From Candidatus Latescibacterota bacterium (GTDB lineage: Bacteria > Latescibacterota > UBA2968 > UBA8231), in NCBI GenBank assembly GCA_965197905.1, contig CBDAOB010000005.1, positions 800,524-864,523 on the forward strand: a stretch of 64,000 nucleotides of DNA, given 5' to 3'. Position 1 is the stretch's first letter. Every line of letters begins with the position of its first letter. The notes beneath the pieces are model-generated. The model made no database searches and was not told the origin of the DNA. It saw only the letters and a program-made list of their open reading frames with translations. This document shows positions 27,286 through 36,810 of the stretch, piece by piece. The translations under genes and the position numbers were made by a program.

Positions 27286-28260
27286 TTGTCAAAAATACGC
27301 GTTGCACTTGTAGGAGCGGGCGGCAAAGGTCGCCAGCATATGGGGATAGTCAACAGCTTCGAAGAAGTTGAGATCGTTGCGGTCTGTGATCCGGTGGAGA
27401 CTTTGCGCACGGCCGTGGCCGACGAATTTGAGGCAGTGGGGCGCTACCCCAGCATTGAGGAAATGCTGGACAATGAGGAACTCGATGCTGCCTTTGTAGC
27501 GACGCCGGCGCATATCAACGGACAGGCTGCATTGCCGTGTCTGACAGCGGGGGTCAATACCTTTGTAGAGAAGCCTCCCGGGCTGAGCCTGGAAGAGACC
27601 ACAGCTCTGCGCGATGCCGCTATGCGCTCCGGCGTGCAGGGCATGGTGGGTTGGAATCGCCGTTTCCATCCCCAGATTGTCCAGACGCGGCAGATGGTCG
27701 AGGAGCGCGGCCCCATAGTGCAATTGGTCGGCGAATTTCACAAGAGTATGACACGTCTGGAAAAACGTACCGACAGGTTTCCCGAACATCTGCTGGACAA
27801 TTATATGTGGGAAAGCCCCATTCACTCCATAGATCTGGTGCGCTTCCTGGCGGGAGCAGAGGTGGTCGAAGTGCACAGCGTGGTTCGCCGCGCTCTGCAC
27901 AAATACAAGGATGTGTACGGGGCTCTGGTCCTCTTTGAAAACGGCTGTGTGGGGCATTTTATGTTCAACTTGACCACCTCGATGCGCCTGGAACGCTACG
28001 AGATCCACGGGCGCGATATTTCCGCGTATCTGGAAGGCGTAAGAGAGAGTATAGTGTATTGCGATGGAGAGCGTCACGAAGTACTAAATAAGGAGGGCAC
28101 GAGCGGTACCGAGGAGGAGGACCGCTATTTCATAGACTGCATTAGAGAGGGGCGTCCCATTTCTCTGCCGGGAGCCAATCTGGATGAGGCGGTAAAAACC
28201 ATGGAATTGGGAGAAAAGATCATGGCAGGATTTTTGGCCAAAGATGGACTGCCGGACTAG
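27286..28260 (+). CDS. Gfo/Idh/MocA-family NAD(P)-dependent oxidoreductase
   Basis: TTG start. IRVALVGAGGKGRQH is the Rossmann fold, with FVEKPPGLSLEE as the EKP motif. Confidence 0.85.
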   Translation: MSKIRVALVGAGGKGRQHMGIVNSFEEVEIVAVCDPVETLRTAVADEFEAVGRYPSIEEMLDNEELDAAFVATPAHINGQAALPCLTAGVNTFVEKPPGLSLEETTALRDAAMRSGVQGMVGWNRRFHPQIVQTRQMVEERGPIVQLVGEFHKSMTRLEKRTDRFPEHLLDNYMWESPIHSIDLVRFLAGAEVVEVHSVVRRALHKYKDVYGALVLFENGCVGHFMFNLTTSMRLERYEIHGRDISAYLEGVRESIVYCDGERHEVLNKEGTSGTEEEDRYFIDCIREGRPISLPGANLDEAVKTMELGEKIMAGFLAKDGLPD

Positions 28261-28264
28261 CGAT

Positions 28265-29020
28265 ATGACTGCGGAACTGGACACCAGACGGCATCTTAAG
28301 CTCGAAGGCACCTTGAACACGCGGGACATCGGTGGATATGCCACCCGGGACGGGCGACAGACGCGCTGGGGACAATTCCTGCGCTCCGATTCTCTGCATC
28401 AACTGTCGGCCAAGGACCAGCAGGATCTCCTGGACTACGGCCTCCGGACCATCATCGACCTGAGAAGGAGCGGGGAGATGCAGGACAAGCTCAACGTCTT
28501 CTTCGGTTCGGACAAGGTGACCTACTACCACCACAACATGGCCGGGGACATGGAGTTGCGCGAACGACAGGGCCTTCCCCCGATGGAAGAGGTCGAGAGG
28601 AAGCGCTGGGGATACTCGGTGGTGCTCGACAAGCGACAGTCTGAAGTGCGCGACACCCTGTGCACGCTGGCTGCCCCCGAGGCGCTGCCCGCGCTCGTCC
28701 ACTGCGCCGGCGGCACCGACAGGACAGGTCTCATCGCCGCCCTCGTTCTCGGGATCGCCGGAGTATCTGCCGAGACCATCGCGCAGGATTACGGCCTGAC
28801 CGCTCGTTTCAACCTGCCCCGCTACCTCGAGGCCCATCCGGAGATCGATGCCGCCAACTACACTTGGCAGGACTTCCGGCGTGATGCCTGCAATCCCAAC
28901 GTGATGCTCGCCGTGCTCCGGGACCTGGACGAACGCCACTGCGGCGTCGAGGGTTATGCCCTACATGCCGGCGTCAGTCAGGCTCAGATCGATTCCCTCC
29001 GCGACGCCCTCGTCGACTAG
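28265..29020 (+). CDS. Tyrosine/dual-specificity phosphatase-family protein (CX5R)
   Basis: NTRDIGGY and the active-site loop VHCAGGTDRTG. ATG 28265 lies just after the upstream stop; the ORF-track start at 28244 overlaps it. Confidence 0.8.
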   Translation: MTAELDTRRHLKLEGTLNTRDIGGYATRDGRQTRWGQFLRSDSLHQLSAKDQQDLLDYGLRTIIDLRRSGEMQDKLNVFFGSDKVTYYHHNMAGDMELRERQGLPPMEEVERKRWGYSVVLDKRQSEVRDTLCTLAAPEALPALVHCAGGTDRTGLIAALVLGIAGVSAETIAQDYGLTARFNLPRYLEAHPEIDAANYTWQDFRRDACNPNVMLAVLRDLDERHCGVEGYALHAGVSQAQIDSLRDALVD

Positions 29021-29169
29021 GGGCATCGCACCTCGAGAGCGGCAGGTGTCTCTGGTGCCGTCGATCATTGGATTGATTCTCTGGCGTGCGGGTGCCGAGC
29101 GGTCATCCGGCCGTAGCCGGATTCGCGCTGCGCTTGGCTCGGTGCTCAGAGATTGTCCTGCGGATTCTC

Positions 29170-31170
29170 CTAAAGGGTTTGGAACGGTACGGGAATCTTG
29201 TCCCCGTGCCAAGGGAAGGCGTAGCTGGGGGCGTTGACAAAGCGTTTCAGGCCGGCCTCCACACGTATGGACGTGGACGGCGGAAGCTCAATGGCGAAGT
29301 ACTTCTCATTCACCGGCGCAACGGTCTCGCCGTCGCGGCCTTCCTCGTGGTAGCGGACCTGCGTGAACCGATGCTCGCCAAAAGCCCCCGCCTGCACGAT
29401 GAGATTGCGCGTCTCGCTTCGATGGGTGTTGACGAGCTGAAAGCCCACGACCTCGGGCCCCAGCTCATCCACGAGAGCGGCCACGTCCCCAGGTAGTCCG
29501 GGACGAGCGCGATCCTGGTCGAAGTAGCGCACCGTGGCGCGCAGCAGTCCGCCGGTATAGATGGTCTGGGGTGCCCCCATCGTGACCTGGGTCAGCCCCT
29601 TGGTCACGACGGGCTGGTAGGGGAACTCGTTAGTCAGAATCATCTCGTGGGGGGTGCGCTCATCGAGCCGAATCCGCTCGTAGATCTCCAGGGCGTGCTG
29701 ATATTCGGCGGTCAGGATCTTCTCGGGCCAGTCGGGATTCTTGCCATCGTAATACTGGAACCGGGCGAACTCGGTCTGCCCTCCGTTCTTCTCGCCCAGA
29801 ACGGATCCGACCTCGTTCCAATCCCGCTCCACCTCGCCGTCGCGGACATGGGTGATCAACTCGTAATCCTCCCGGGACATGGAAGCGTGGTAGAGGTGCA
29901 TCATCTCCTGCCCGTTCATGGGGCCGGGAGGCGAGTAAGACCATTCTCCCATCGGAATGCCATCGTCTACGTAGGGTTCGATCGGCTCTCCCATCTCCCA
30001 GCCATCCAGGCCATACCGATAGGGCACAACGAACTGACCGTCTTCACGGCGGAACCCCTGATCGATTCGGACCTTGAGCTGCGAGCGCAGAAAATCCAGG
30101 TAGCTGCTGTCGCCGGTGAGCAGTTGGGCACACTCGACGCCGATGTTGATTCCGTTGTACATGATGCTGCAGCCTTTGAAGGAGGACCAGCCATACTGTC
30201 CTCCCCACCAGATACCCTCGCGTCCGCCGCCGATGACCCCGTTTGCATCGACGTTGTCCGGAACGATGCCGCCATTCAACTTAGTACGCTCCATCCAGGC
30301 CTCGGTGTAGTCCAAAACCCATTGTTTGTATTTCTCGTCCCCCGTGTAGAGATAGGCGTTGGTCACGAGGGCGGCCGCAGCCAGACTGCTGGGGGTGTCG
30401 CATTGCATGACCATCTTGTTGAACAGGTCAAGGATCTGCCGCCTGCGCTCGGGTTTCTCGAACCAGCGGGCCTCAAGGTGTTTGATGTGGGGGTAGAGAC
30501 TCGCCCGCACGCCGTAGTAGTTGCCCGGGTCTCCCAGTCGGCGGCCACCCAGGAGCATCACGTTGGCCAAGATCGCATCCCCCTCCAGCTTGGGTCCCTG
30601 ACTGGAATGGAAGGGGGAGCGCAGGATCCGATGTTCGGGGTCCCAGTTGGGCGCTTCGGGATCTTCGCCGATGAACATGGCGGCGAAGCGTTTGGCTCGG
30701 CGCACGTTCTCTGAGATGGTCGGATCGCCCAGACCCATGTGATAGAACGCCGTACCTCCTTCCCCGAGATGGTGCCATTCCGCCCCCGCATCCAAGTTCC
30801 AGAACTCGTTGTGGATGGAGGGCATGTAGACCCTGATGAAATCTTCGTGCAGGTTGGGACGATGTTGAATACTCTCATCGCTGATGCGGGTGGCGGCGTT
30901 CCACTGCTGAAGATGGAGGTCCAGCAGATCGTCGGCAGCGCCGATGGCGTAGAACAGACCGTAGTTGTAGAACTGCTCGTAGAGGTCGTCGAGATCCTCG
31001 GCGAGAAGGGTCCCGCCCCCGCGCTCGGTGTACTTCCTGGTGAACAGGCGGGCGGAGCGCTCCATCAGCTCGATCAGGTTCCGCTCGATGAGCGCCCACG
31101 CCGGCGCCGCCGAGACCTTCGTTGCTTTGATCTCAATCATTCCTGGAATTTCGACGGGTTTAGCGTACAT
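29170..31170 (-). CDS. Large conserved hypothetical protein (about 666 aa), no signal peptide
   Basis: Longest ORF in the region; the antisense ORFs are shorter. ATG 31170 is preceded by GGAGGA at 10 nt. I recognise no catalytic motif. The helical, Trp/Gly-rich core (IWWGGQYGWSSF) is compatible with an alpha/alpha-toroid carbohydrate enzyme, but that is a guess. Confidence 0.7.
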   Translation of the reverse strand: MYAKPVEIPGMIEIKATKVSAAPAWALIERNLIELMERSARLFTRKYTERGGGTLLAEDLDDLYEQFYNYGLFYAIGAADDLLDLHLQQWNAATRISDESIQHRPNLHEDFIRVYMPSIHNEFWNLDAGAEWHHLGEGGTAFYHMGLGDPTISENVRRAKRFAAMFIGEDPEAPNWDPEHRILRSPFHSSQGPKLEGDAILANVMLLGGRRLGDPGNYYGVRASLYPHIKHLEARWFEKPERRRQILDLFNKMVMQCDTPSSLAAAALVTNAYLYTGDEKYKQWVLDYTEAWMERTKLNGGIVPDNVDANGVIGGGREGIWWGGQYGWSSFKGCSIMYNGINIGVECAQLLTGDSSYLDFLRSQLKVRIDQGFRREDGQFVVPYRYGLDGWEMGEPIEPYVDDGIPMGEWSYSPPGPMNGQEMMHLYHASMSREDYELITHVRDGEVERDWNEVGSVLGEKNGGQTEFARFQYYDGKNPDWPEKILTAEYQHALEIYERIRLDERTPHEMILTNEFPYQPVVTKGLTQVTMGAPQTIYTGGLLRATVRYFDQDRARPGLPGDVAALVDELGPEVVGFQLVNTHRSETRNLIVQAGAFGEHRFTQVRYHEEGRDGETVAPVNEKYFAIELPPSTSIRVEAGLKRFVNAPSYAFPWHGDKIPVPFQTL

Positions 31171-31288
31171 GAGTTGGGTCTCCTCCGGAAACACACGGCG
31201 TCGTGAGCCCAGACAACATGAGTCCTGCACTGGGTCTTGGTGACGCCGTGAATCGCGAATAGCGGATAAGTCTCATTGTGGTCGTTTT

Positions 31289-32167
31289 TCAGTTCTCGGC
31301 GTAGGCCGCCTCCCGCAGTCCCTTCACGTAGCCCACCGCGAACACCCGTGCCGAGAGGTATTCGTCGTCGTAGGCGTCGTCACCCATTATCGGGTAGTGA
31401 TCCGGACGCAGCACACCCTCGTAGCCCACCTCGCGATACGCGCGCAGGCATTTCACAAGATCGGTCTGTCCATCGTCGTGGAAGGTCTCTTTGAAGTCGG
31501 CGGCTGTTCCGCGCACGTCGCGGAAGTGGACGAAATGGATCTTGCCCTGACCGCCGAAGTGGCGGATGGCAGCGGGTAGATCATCCGTCATCAAGGCGAA
31601 ATTCCCCTGACACAGGCCGACACCGTTCATCGGGCTGGGCACCATGTCGATGAGGCGCTGGTAGTTGTCGATGCTGCTCATGATGCGGGCCACGCCGCGG
31701 ATCGGGGACAGGGGCGGGTCGTCGGGGTGCATGGCCATCTTCACGTCAGCTTCCTCGGCCACAGGGACGACACGCTCGAGGAAATACTGGAGGTTGTTCC
31801 ACAGCTCCTCTTCGGAGACAACGCCGTGCTCGGTGGGGCCCACCTCCACCTGGGAAAGCTTGAAACCGCTAACGCGGGCGCCGGCGCGGGACGGCAGGTC
31901 GCGGTCAGTTCGCACAACGCCGAGGATGGTTGAGAACATGCTGCACCACACCGGAATGCCGAGCTCGCCCATATTGCGCAGCATCCGGCAGATCACCTCG
32001 ATCTCCTCGTCACGCCCTGGCAGGCTCCAGGGCTGTTCCTCTTCGGGCTTACCGGGGATCACCTGCAGGTTGCCGTGGCAGACGGCATGCTCCACGCCGC
32101 ACTGCCGCATCAACGTCCACTGCAGGCTCGGCTCGGGGGGCATGGAGATGGTTATCTTGATCATCAC
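31289..32167 (-). CDS. Mannonate dehydratase (UxuA)-family / xylose-isomerase-like TIM-barrel protein, short form
   Basis: 292 aa. MAMHPDDPPLSPIRGVARIMSSIDNYQRLIDMVPSPMNGVGLCQGNF matches the UxuA HPDDPP...NG..C.G core. The start overlaps the upstream stop in an ATGA. Confidence 0.65.
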   Translation of the reverse strand: MMIKITISMPPEPSLQWTLMRQCGVEHAVCHGNLQVIPGKPEEEQPWSLPGRDEEIEVICRMLRNMGELGIPVWCSMFSTILGVVRTDRDLPSRAGARVSGFKLSQVEVGPTEHGVVSEEELWNNLQYFLERVVPVAEEADVKMAMHPDDPPLSPIRGVARIMSSIDNYQRLIDMVPSPMNGVGLCQGNFALMTDDLPAAIRHFGGQGKIHFVHFRDVRGTAADFKETFHDDGQTDLVKCLRAYREVGYEGVLRPDHYPIMGDDAYDDEYLSARVFAVGYVKGLREAAYAEN

Positions 32168-33093
32168 CGGCTCCTTGATTCTACGTTAATTCGTTTCCTC
32201 CTCGTCCCGCGCACCGTGAAACGCCAGCGGGGTCCATATTTCTTCGCCAGGTTAGTGTTTTTCTTTATATCGCCCAAGATCTCCAGTACTTCCTTCACCG
32301 GAACCTCGTCACGGCCGGCTGTGCGTTTCAAGAATTCCCGGGTCTTGCCATTGAGAACCCCATAGAATCCTCGCACCTCCTCGTCCGGATGGTCACGCCA
32401 TAGTTGGGTCGGTATGAACGATTGGTGGCTGAGGAATTCGCGATGCCGGTGGCCGTAATAGATCTGCACCGATTTGCGTTCGGACTGTGTGGGACGCACG
32501 GTCACCGTGTGCAGGCGGGTAATATTAAACAGTATCGCCGTTCCCGCATGGCCGTAGAGGTCTTGGATTCCACCGCGCTCGAGCTGAGCCTCCGCATCCA
32601 GAAATTCTTGATCGAACGCCTGGGGCGAAACGGCGAAGCTATGGGTAGTGTCGTTCACGTCTTCCAGGTAAACCATCATCTGTATATAGCCGATGCGCAG
32701 CGGATGTTCCGGCCACATGGTGTCTGGCCCCCCATCTCGATGCCAGCGGCGCCCCACGGGCCCTTCCCACGACCTCATCCCCGGGAGCGGCTCACCGGCG
32801 TACGGCCCCATGTGCCTGAGGCAAATTTCCGAGAAACAGACCTCGTCGCCCATCAGACCCTGTAGCGCCGCCATCGCTTTGGGGTGGCGAATGATTTCAT
32901 CAAACTCGGGCGCGGTCAGGAGCGAATCGCAATGCTGGGATTGCCAGATGCCGTTGTTACCCCAGTAGCGGCTGTAGTCGCGCCGATTCCGGTCGAAAAG
33001 ATCCGCAAAATGGGTTACCTCGTCGTCACTCAAGATCTTTCCCAGCGACAGGTAGCCGTTCTCTTTGAAGAACTGGTAGTCCTTCTGTTTCAT
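32164..33093 (-). CDS. PhyH-family Fe(II)/2OG dioxygenase with conserved basic C-terminal tail
   Basis: ATG 33093 (MKQKDYQFFKENGYLSLGK) follows GGAGG at 7 nt. Motifs: RRWHRDG (H-x-D), distal LHTVTVRP, and the tail NLAKKYGPRWRFTVRGTRRKR. It is a paralogue of 43285-44214. Confidence 0.85.
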   Translation of the reverse strand: MKQKDYQFFKENGYLSLGKILSDDEVTHFADLFDRNRRDYSRYWGNNGIWQSQHCDSLLTAPEFDEIIRHPKAMAALQGLMGDEVCFSEICLRHMGPYAGEPLPGMRSWEGPVGRRWHRDGGPDTMWPEHPLRIGYIQMMVYLEDVNDTTHSFAVSPQAFDQEFLDAEAQLERGGIQDLYGHAGTAILFNITRLHTVTVRPTQSERKSVQIYYGHRHREFLSHQSFIPTQLWRDHPDEEVRGFYGVLNGKTREFLKRTAGRDEVPVKEVLEILGDIKKNTNLAKKYGPRWRFTVRGTRRKRINVESRSR

Positions 33094-33194
33094 GCGCTTT
33101 CCTCCTCTTTGACAAGCTGCCGTCGTAGTCACCGAAGTGACGGATGGCTAAAATCGGCCCCGGCACGCTACCTACGGGATCTGAACCCCGTGGA

Positions 33195-35159
33195 TCAATA
33201 TACCCGAATGTGGTTGTGTTTCACGCCTGTGATCGAATCGACCAACAACCAGAAGCCGGCTGCCACGAACTGGCCCAGAATAATCCCCATGAAAAACGGC
33301 TTCGTGCGTTCGTACAGCGCCGGCCCCCCGTAGTTTAATACCAGGACTTTGATCAGCCAGGCGACCAGTGTTGACATCCAGATGGCGTTCAAGATCCAGG
33401 AGGAGCTTATGGCGAAACCGACCGGATGGAAAGGCCACCAGGCGAAGGTGTGGCGGGCGATCATCAATACGCCCATAACTGCAGCGCCCACCCCGGTCCA
33501 TATCCAGCCGCCCATGTGCGCTTCAGTTGGACTGTTGAGCTTGAGCTCTACAAACCGAGCGGCGGTCTGCGCGTAGACGAAGTAGTAGCGGGTATTGAGG
33601 TTGAGTCCACCGTGCTTGTAGGCCAGGTGGATTTGAAACCAGGTGGCGGCCACCATGGCAATCACCGAAGCGGCGCCGATGGCGAAGACGAGCCTCCTTC
33701 GATTGCGAGTGATCTCTGATCCCATGCGCAGGGCGTTAGCCATCGGTGCGGTGATGAAGGTCATGAACCCACTGGCCCAGATCAGGGTAAGGCCTGTCGC
33801 CACGACCCCCGTCATGCCGAGGGCTGTAGTGCCGAGGGCGGAGGTGACGAAGTTGGCCGGGGCCATCGCGGGCGTAATGGTGGGCACCCCGGTCTCGGCG
33901 ATGACCCGCGCCAATCCGATCATTACGACCAGGGTGGCGAAGATGAATATAGGAGCGATCCAGGCCGGCATGCCGGAGTGCCACAACCAGAAAAAAACGA
34001 AGGTCGCACCACCCAGGAAGCAGAGCACTGCAGCACGGTACGGCATCACCTCCTGCGAATCGTCCACCGATGGGTCTCCGTTCCATGCCTTGCGCAACAC
34101 CTCCATGAGGTGGGACCGCGCCGTCCACAAGCCGAAAACCACCATCACGATCAGCGCCCCCATCATCTGGTGACCGAAGATCGGTCCTCCGATAGGCGTC
34201 GTGGCGTGCCCCGGACCCAGGTTCTGCGTGAGCCCGATGCCCAGCAGGACGAAGATCCCTCCCTGCAGCACACGCACGAGATAGAAGAACCACATGCTGA
34301 AGGCGACGCCTGTGTTGATGAAGTAGGCGAACCCCAACATGAGGAAATTGATGCGGAACATGATCTCGATCTGGTCGTGAAAGAACCTGTATTGTACCTG
34401 CCCCATGAAAGCGGGGATCCAGGCGAAGTAGTTGTGCAGAATGTTGGTGCTGTTCATCAGGAAGCAGAAGATGAAACCTGCCCACATGACCGGATTCTTG
34501 AAGAAGGGTTTGATGATCGCGTCGGGCCGGCCGTTGTCCTGCAGCATCGCCAGCGGCACCTGAGCCAGGGGGAAGGCCAGGCGCTCGCGCTCAACCCACT
34601 GGCGCCGCAGGATCACCAAGGCGCTGAGCAGCATGAGGTGGTAGGCGACAAAGAAGAGAAGCCAGCGCAGCAGGACCGGGAGCCATAGATGCCACGGAAT
34701 TCGGTCCGGGTCTCCTCCGTAGTAGAGCTCGCGGATCGCGTCCGCATCACTGAGCACCAACCATTCCGCCAGTACGGGATGAATCAGCTCGCCCCAGTTG
34801 TTTTCGGGCGAGGCGTAGAAGATGATCCCAGTGATCCCCACCACCAGCTTCTGCGATACGCCCCGGGTGGGAATGGCGGTGGCGATCGCCATCATGATGA
34901 AGATCACTGCCAGCTCACCGGGACGCAGGTGCCAGTTGCGCCTGAGCAGCGTCAGCATCACCTGTACGGTAAAAAGCACGACGAAAAACAGAATGAAAGC
35001 TGCCGGCGTACAGGAGCTGAGGCCGATGCGCGTCGCCCGCATCACGTTCAATGTATAAGGCAGGATTAACGCGATGCTGAGCGCCGAGAGCGAGCCGATA
35101 ACGAGGCAGCGAGCGCTGATCTCCCAGCGATCGGCAAGTTGAGACGGGTGGGTCATCAT
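33195..35159 (-). CDS. Polytopic membrane protein, paralogue B of the uncharacterised family
   Basis: 654 aa with about 14 or more hydrophobic spans. Family motifs: RIGLSSCTPAAFILFF, FYASPENNWGELIHP, ERERLAFPLAQVPLAML, WWPFHPVGFAI and YGGPALYERTKPFFMGI. Confidence 0.9.
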   Translation of the reverse strand: MMTHPSQLADRWEISARCLVIGSLSALSIALILPYTLNVMRATRIGLSSCTPAAFILFFVVLFTVQVMLTLLRRNWHLRPGELAVIFIMMAIATAIPTRGVSQKLVVGITGIIFYASPENNWGELIHPVLAEWLVLSDADAIRELYYGGDPDRIPWHLWLPVLLRWLLFFVAYHLMLLSALVILRRQWVERERLAFPLAQVPLAMLQDNGRPDAIIKPFFKNPVMWAGFIFCFLMNSTNILHNYFAWIPAFMGQVQYRFFHDQIEIMFRINFLMLGFAYFINTGVAFSMWFFYLVRVLQGGIFVLLGIGLTQNLGPGHATTPIGGPIFGHQMMGALIVMVVFGLWTARSHLMEVLRKAWNGDPSVDDSQEVMPYRAAVLCFLGGATFVFFWLWHSGMPAWIAPIFIFATLVVMIGLARVIAETGVPTITPAMAPANFVTSALGTTALGMTGVVATGLTLIWASGFMTFITAPMANALRMGSEITRNRRRLVFAIGAASVIAMVAATWFQIHLAYKHGGLNLNTRYYFVYAQTAARFVELKLNSPTEAHMGGWIWTGVGAAVMGVLMIARHTFAWWPFHPVGFAISSSWILNAIWMSTLVAWLIKVLVLNYGGPALYERTKPFFMGIILGQFVAAGFWLLVDSITGVKHNHIRVY

Positions 35160-35293
35160 TTCACCGAGAGGCGTGGTGGAGTTGGCGACAAAATCAGGCC
35201 GGTCTTCTGAAGGTCTGGCGACACCAGATCATGCCGTTCAAAACCTTCTTGCCTCCCGGCTGCCCTCCGGCGACTGACACGATCGATGGCTGA

Positions 35294-36772
35294 TCAGTGG
35301 GTGTTGACTCCGAAGGTGAGATTGTCCCAGCGATGCGTCAGCAGATGGCGGAGTAGAGCTTCCTGTGCCGTTTCTGTTCCGATATTGCGCAAGGCATGGA
35401 CGGCCTTGCCGCGAACGTAGCGGTTGCTGTCCTCGAGAGCTGCCTCCAGCTGAGGCGTGGCTTCCTCGGCACGTGAACCCAAGCGGGCTAGCGCCATGAC
35501 AGCCCTCATGCGAACCCTCTCTTCGGAGTGACCAAGCGTTCTAGCCAGCGCTCCCGGGACATCAGTTGCCGGCGGATCGATCCATCCTAGGGCTTCGGCG
35601 GCGTTTGCCGCCACTTCATCCGTCTGGTCTTCCAGACACCTGACCAGCTCCGGGAGGGCGGGCCGGGCTTGGTTCCCCATGTCGGCCAGCGCCTCGGCCG
35701 CACCGGCACGGACAGATGAGTCGCTATGACCCAGAGCTTCTGTGAGAGCGGGTACGGCTGATTTACCGATGGCGCTAAGCGCGTAGGTAAAACCCCTGCG
35801 AACACCCTCAGTGCTTGCCAGGGCATCGATGAGGGAAGGCACCGCCGACTCCCCGAGGGCAGCCAGCTCGTAGATGCTTTCGAGCCAGACCGGTTCGGAT
35901 GCGCCTACCTGTTCGTTGGTCTCCACTCGGGTCCACATCGCTCGATTAGGTTCACCAAGGGCCGAATTTTCCGAAGCGGTTTTGACGAGTTTGTCGATCG
36001 AAGCAGCAGCAGAATCCCCGTTCTCTGCGAATTTCTCACCGCTTTTGCCGCAATGCCAATCCCACACGCGCTTCTTCAAATTTGCATGGGGGACATCGGT
36101 GCCTGGCTGCCAGTCTTGATTCTTGCAGTCCCAGCTGGGACTCAGCGGCTCGCTCATGCGCGCGAAGATGAAAACCACCATAGCCCGTTTCTTCTCGGTC
36201 TTGTTGGAGGTGGCCGCGTGAAAGAGATCGTAGTTCGCCAGCACGATGGTTCCCGCATCCCCGCAGATCGGGAATTCCCGACCGAGGTCAACGCCATCCA
36301 AGGAATTGTAGTACTGACTACCCGGAAGGATGGTAGTCGCGCCCATCTCCGCGGTCGTATCCTGGGGGTAGTAGAGGCACCAGGCCCACCGGGTGCGATG
36401 TCTGCGACGGTGGCTCATGTCATCCTTGTGCAGCTTTCCGCCGAGGCGGCCGCGTTTGGGATCCGTGTTGACCCCGCCTCTGGGTATGAAACCGTGCTGG
36501 CGAAAGTGGCAATGCCGATGCGGATACATGAAGTAGTCGGCACCCAGGACACTCTCGAAGAAGCCGGAGATCTGCGGCTCATCGAACAGGTGCTGGAACA
36601 GTGGGATCCGCGGCAGGAGGTTGTTGCCGGGGTTACCCTCGCTTTCGTAGACACTCTCGATTTCGTCGAAGATCTGCTTGTGGAACGCAGCGGGCAGGCC
36701 GGACTTGAACATGAGGTATCCATCAATGATAAACCTCTGCATCTGTTCGTCGGTAAGGAGTTTGCGATCCAT
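35294..36772 (-). CDS. PhyH-like dioxygenase fused to C-terminal HEAT (PBS-lyase-type) repeats, copy 2
   Basis: Preferred start ATG 36772 (MDRKLLTDEQMQRFIIDGYLM), matching the paralogue's start. PhyH core motifs: LHKDD, MGATTILPGSQ and LFHAATSNKTEKKR. The C-terminal roughly 200 aa carry repeated ...AVPxLxxALxxxDxxVRxxAAxALxxxG... units. Confidence 0.85.
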   Translation of the reverse strand: MDRKLLTDEQMQRFIIDGYLMFKSGLPAAFHKQIFDEIESVYESEGNPGNNLLPRIPLFQHLFDEPQISGFFESVLGADYFMYPHRHCHFRQHGFIPRGGVNTDPKRGRLGGKLHKDDMSHRRRHRTRWAWCLYYPQDTTAEMGATTILPGSQYYNSLDGVDLGREFPICGDAGTIVLANYDLFHAATSNKTEKKRAMVVFIFARMSEPLSPSWDCKNQDWQPGTDVPHANLKKRVWDWHCGKSGEKFAENGDSAAASIDKLVKTASENSALGEPNRAMWTRVETNEQVGASEPVWLESIYELAALGESAVPSLIDALASTEGVRRGFTYALSAIGKSAVPALTEALGHSDSSVRAGAAEALADMGNQARPALPELVRCLEDQTDEVAANAAEALGWIDPPATDVPGALARTLGHSEERVRMRAVMALARLGSRAEEATPQLEAALEDSNRYVRGKAVHALRNIGTETAQEALLRHLLTHRWDNLTFGVNTH

Positions 36773-36810
36773 GTCAGCTGTTCCCAGGTCGGCGAACGAC
36801 GAAATACCGC

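Larger units (their letters stand above)
32164..35159 (-). repeat. Diverged two-gene duplication unit, copy 1 (membrane paralogue B plus tailed PhyH)
   Basis: Colinear with 43285-46277 at both protein and nucleotide level. Long runs are identical, for example GCCAGCGGGGTCCATATTTCTTCGCCAGGTT in both PhyH 3' ends. The intergenic spacers are not conserved. Confidence 0.8.
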
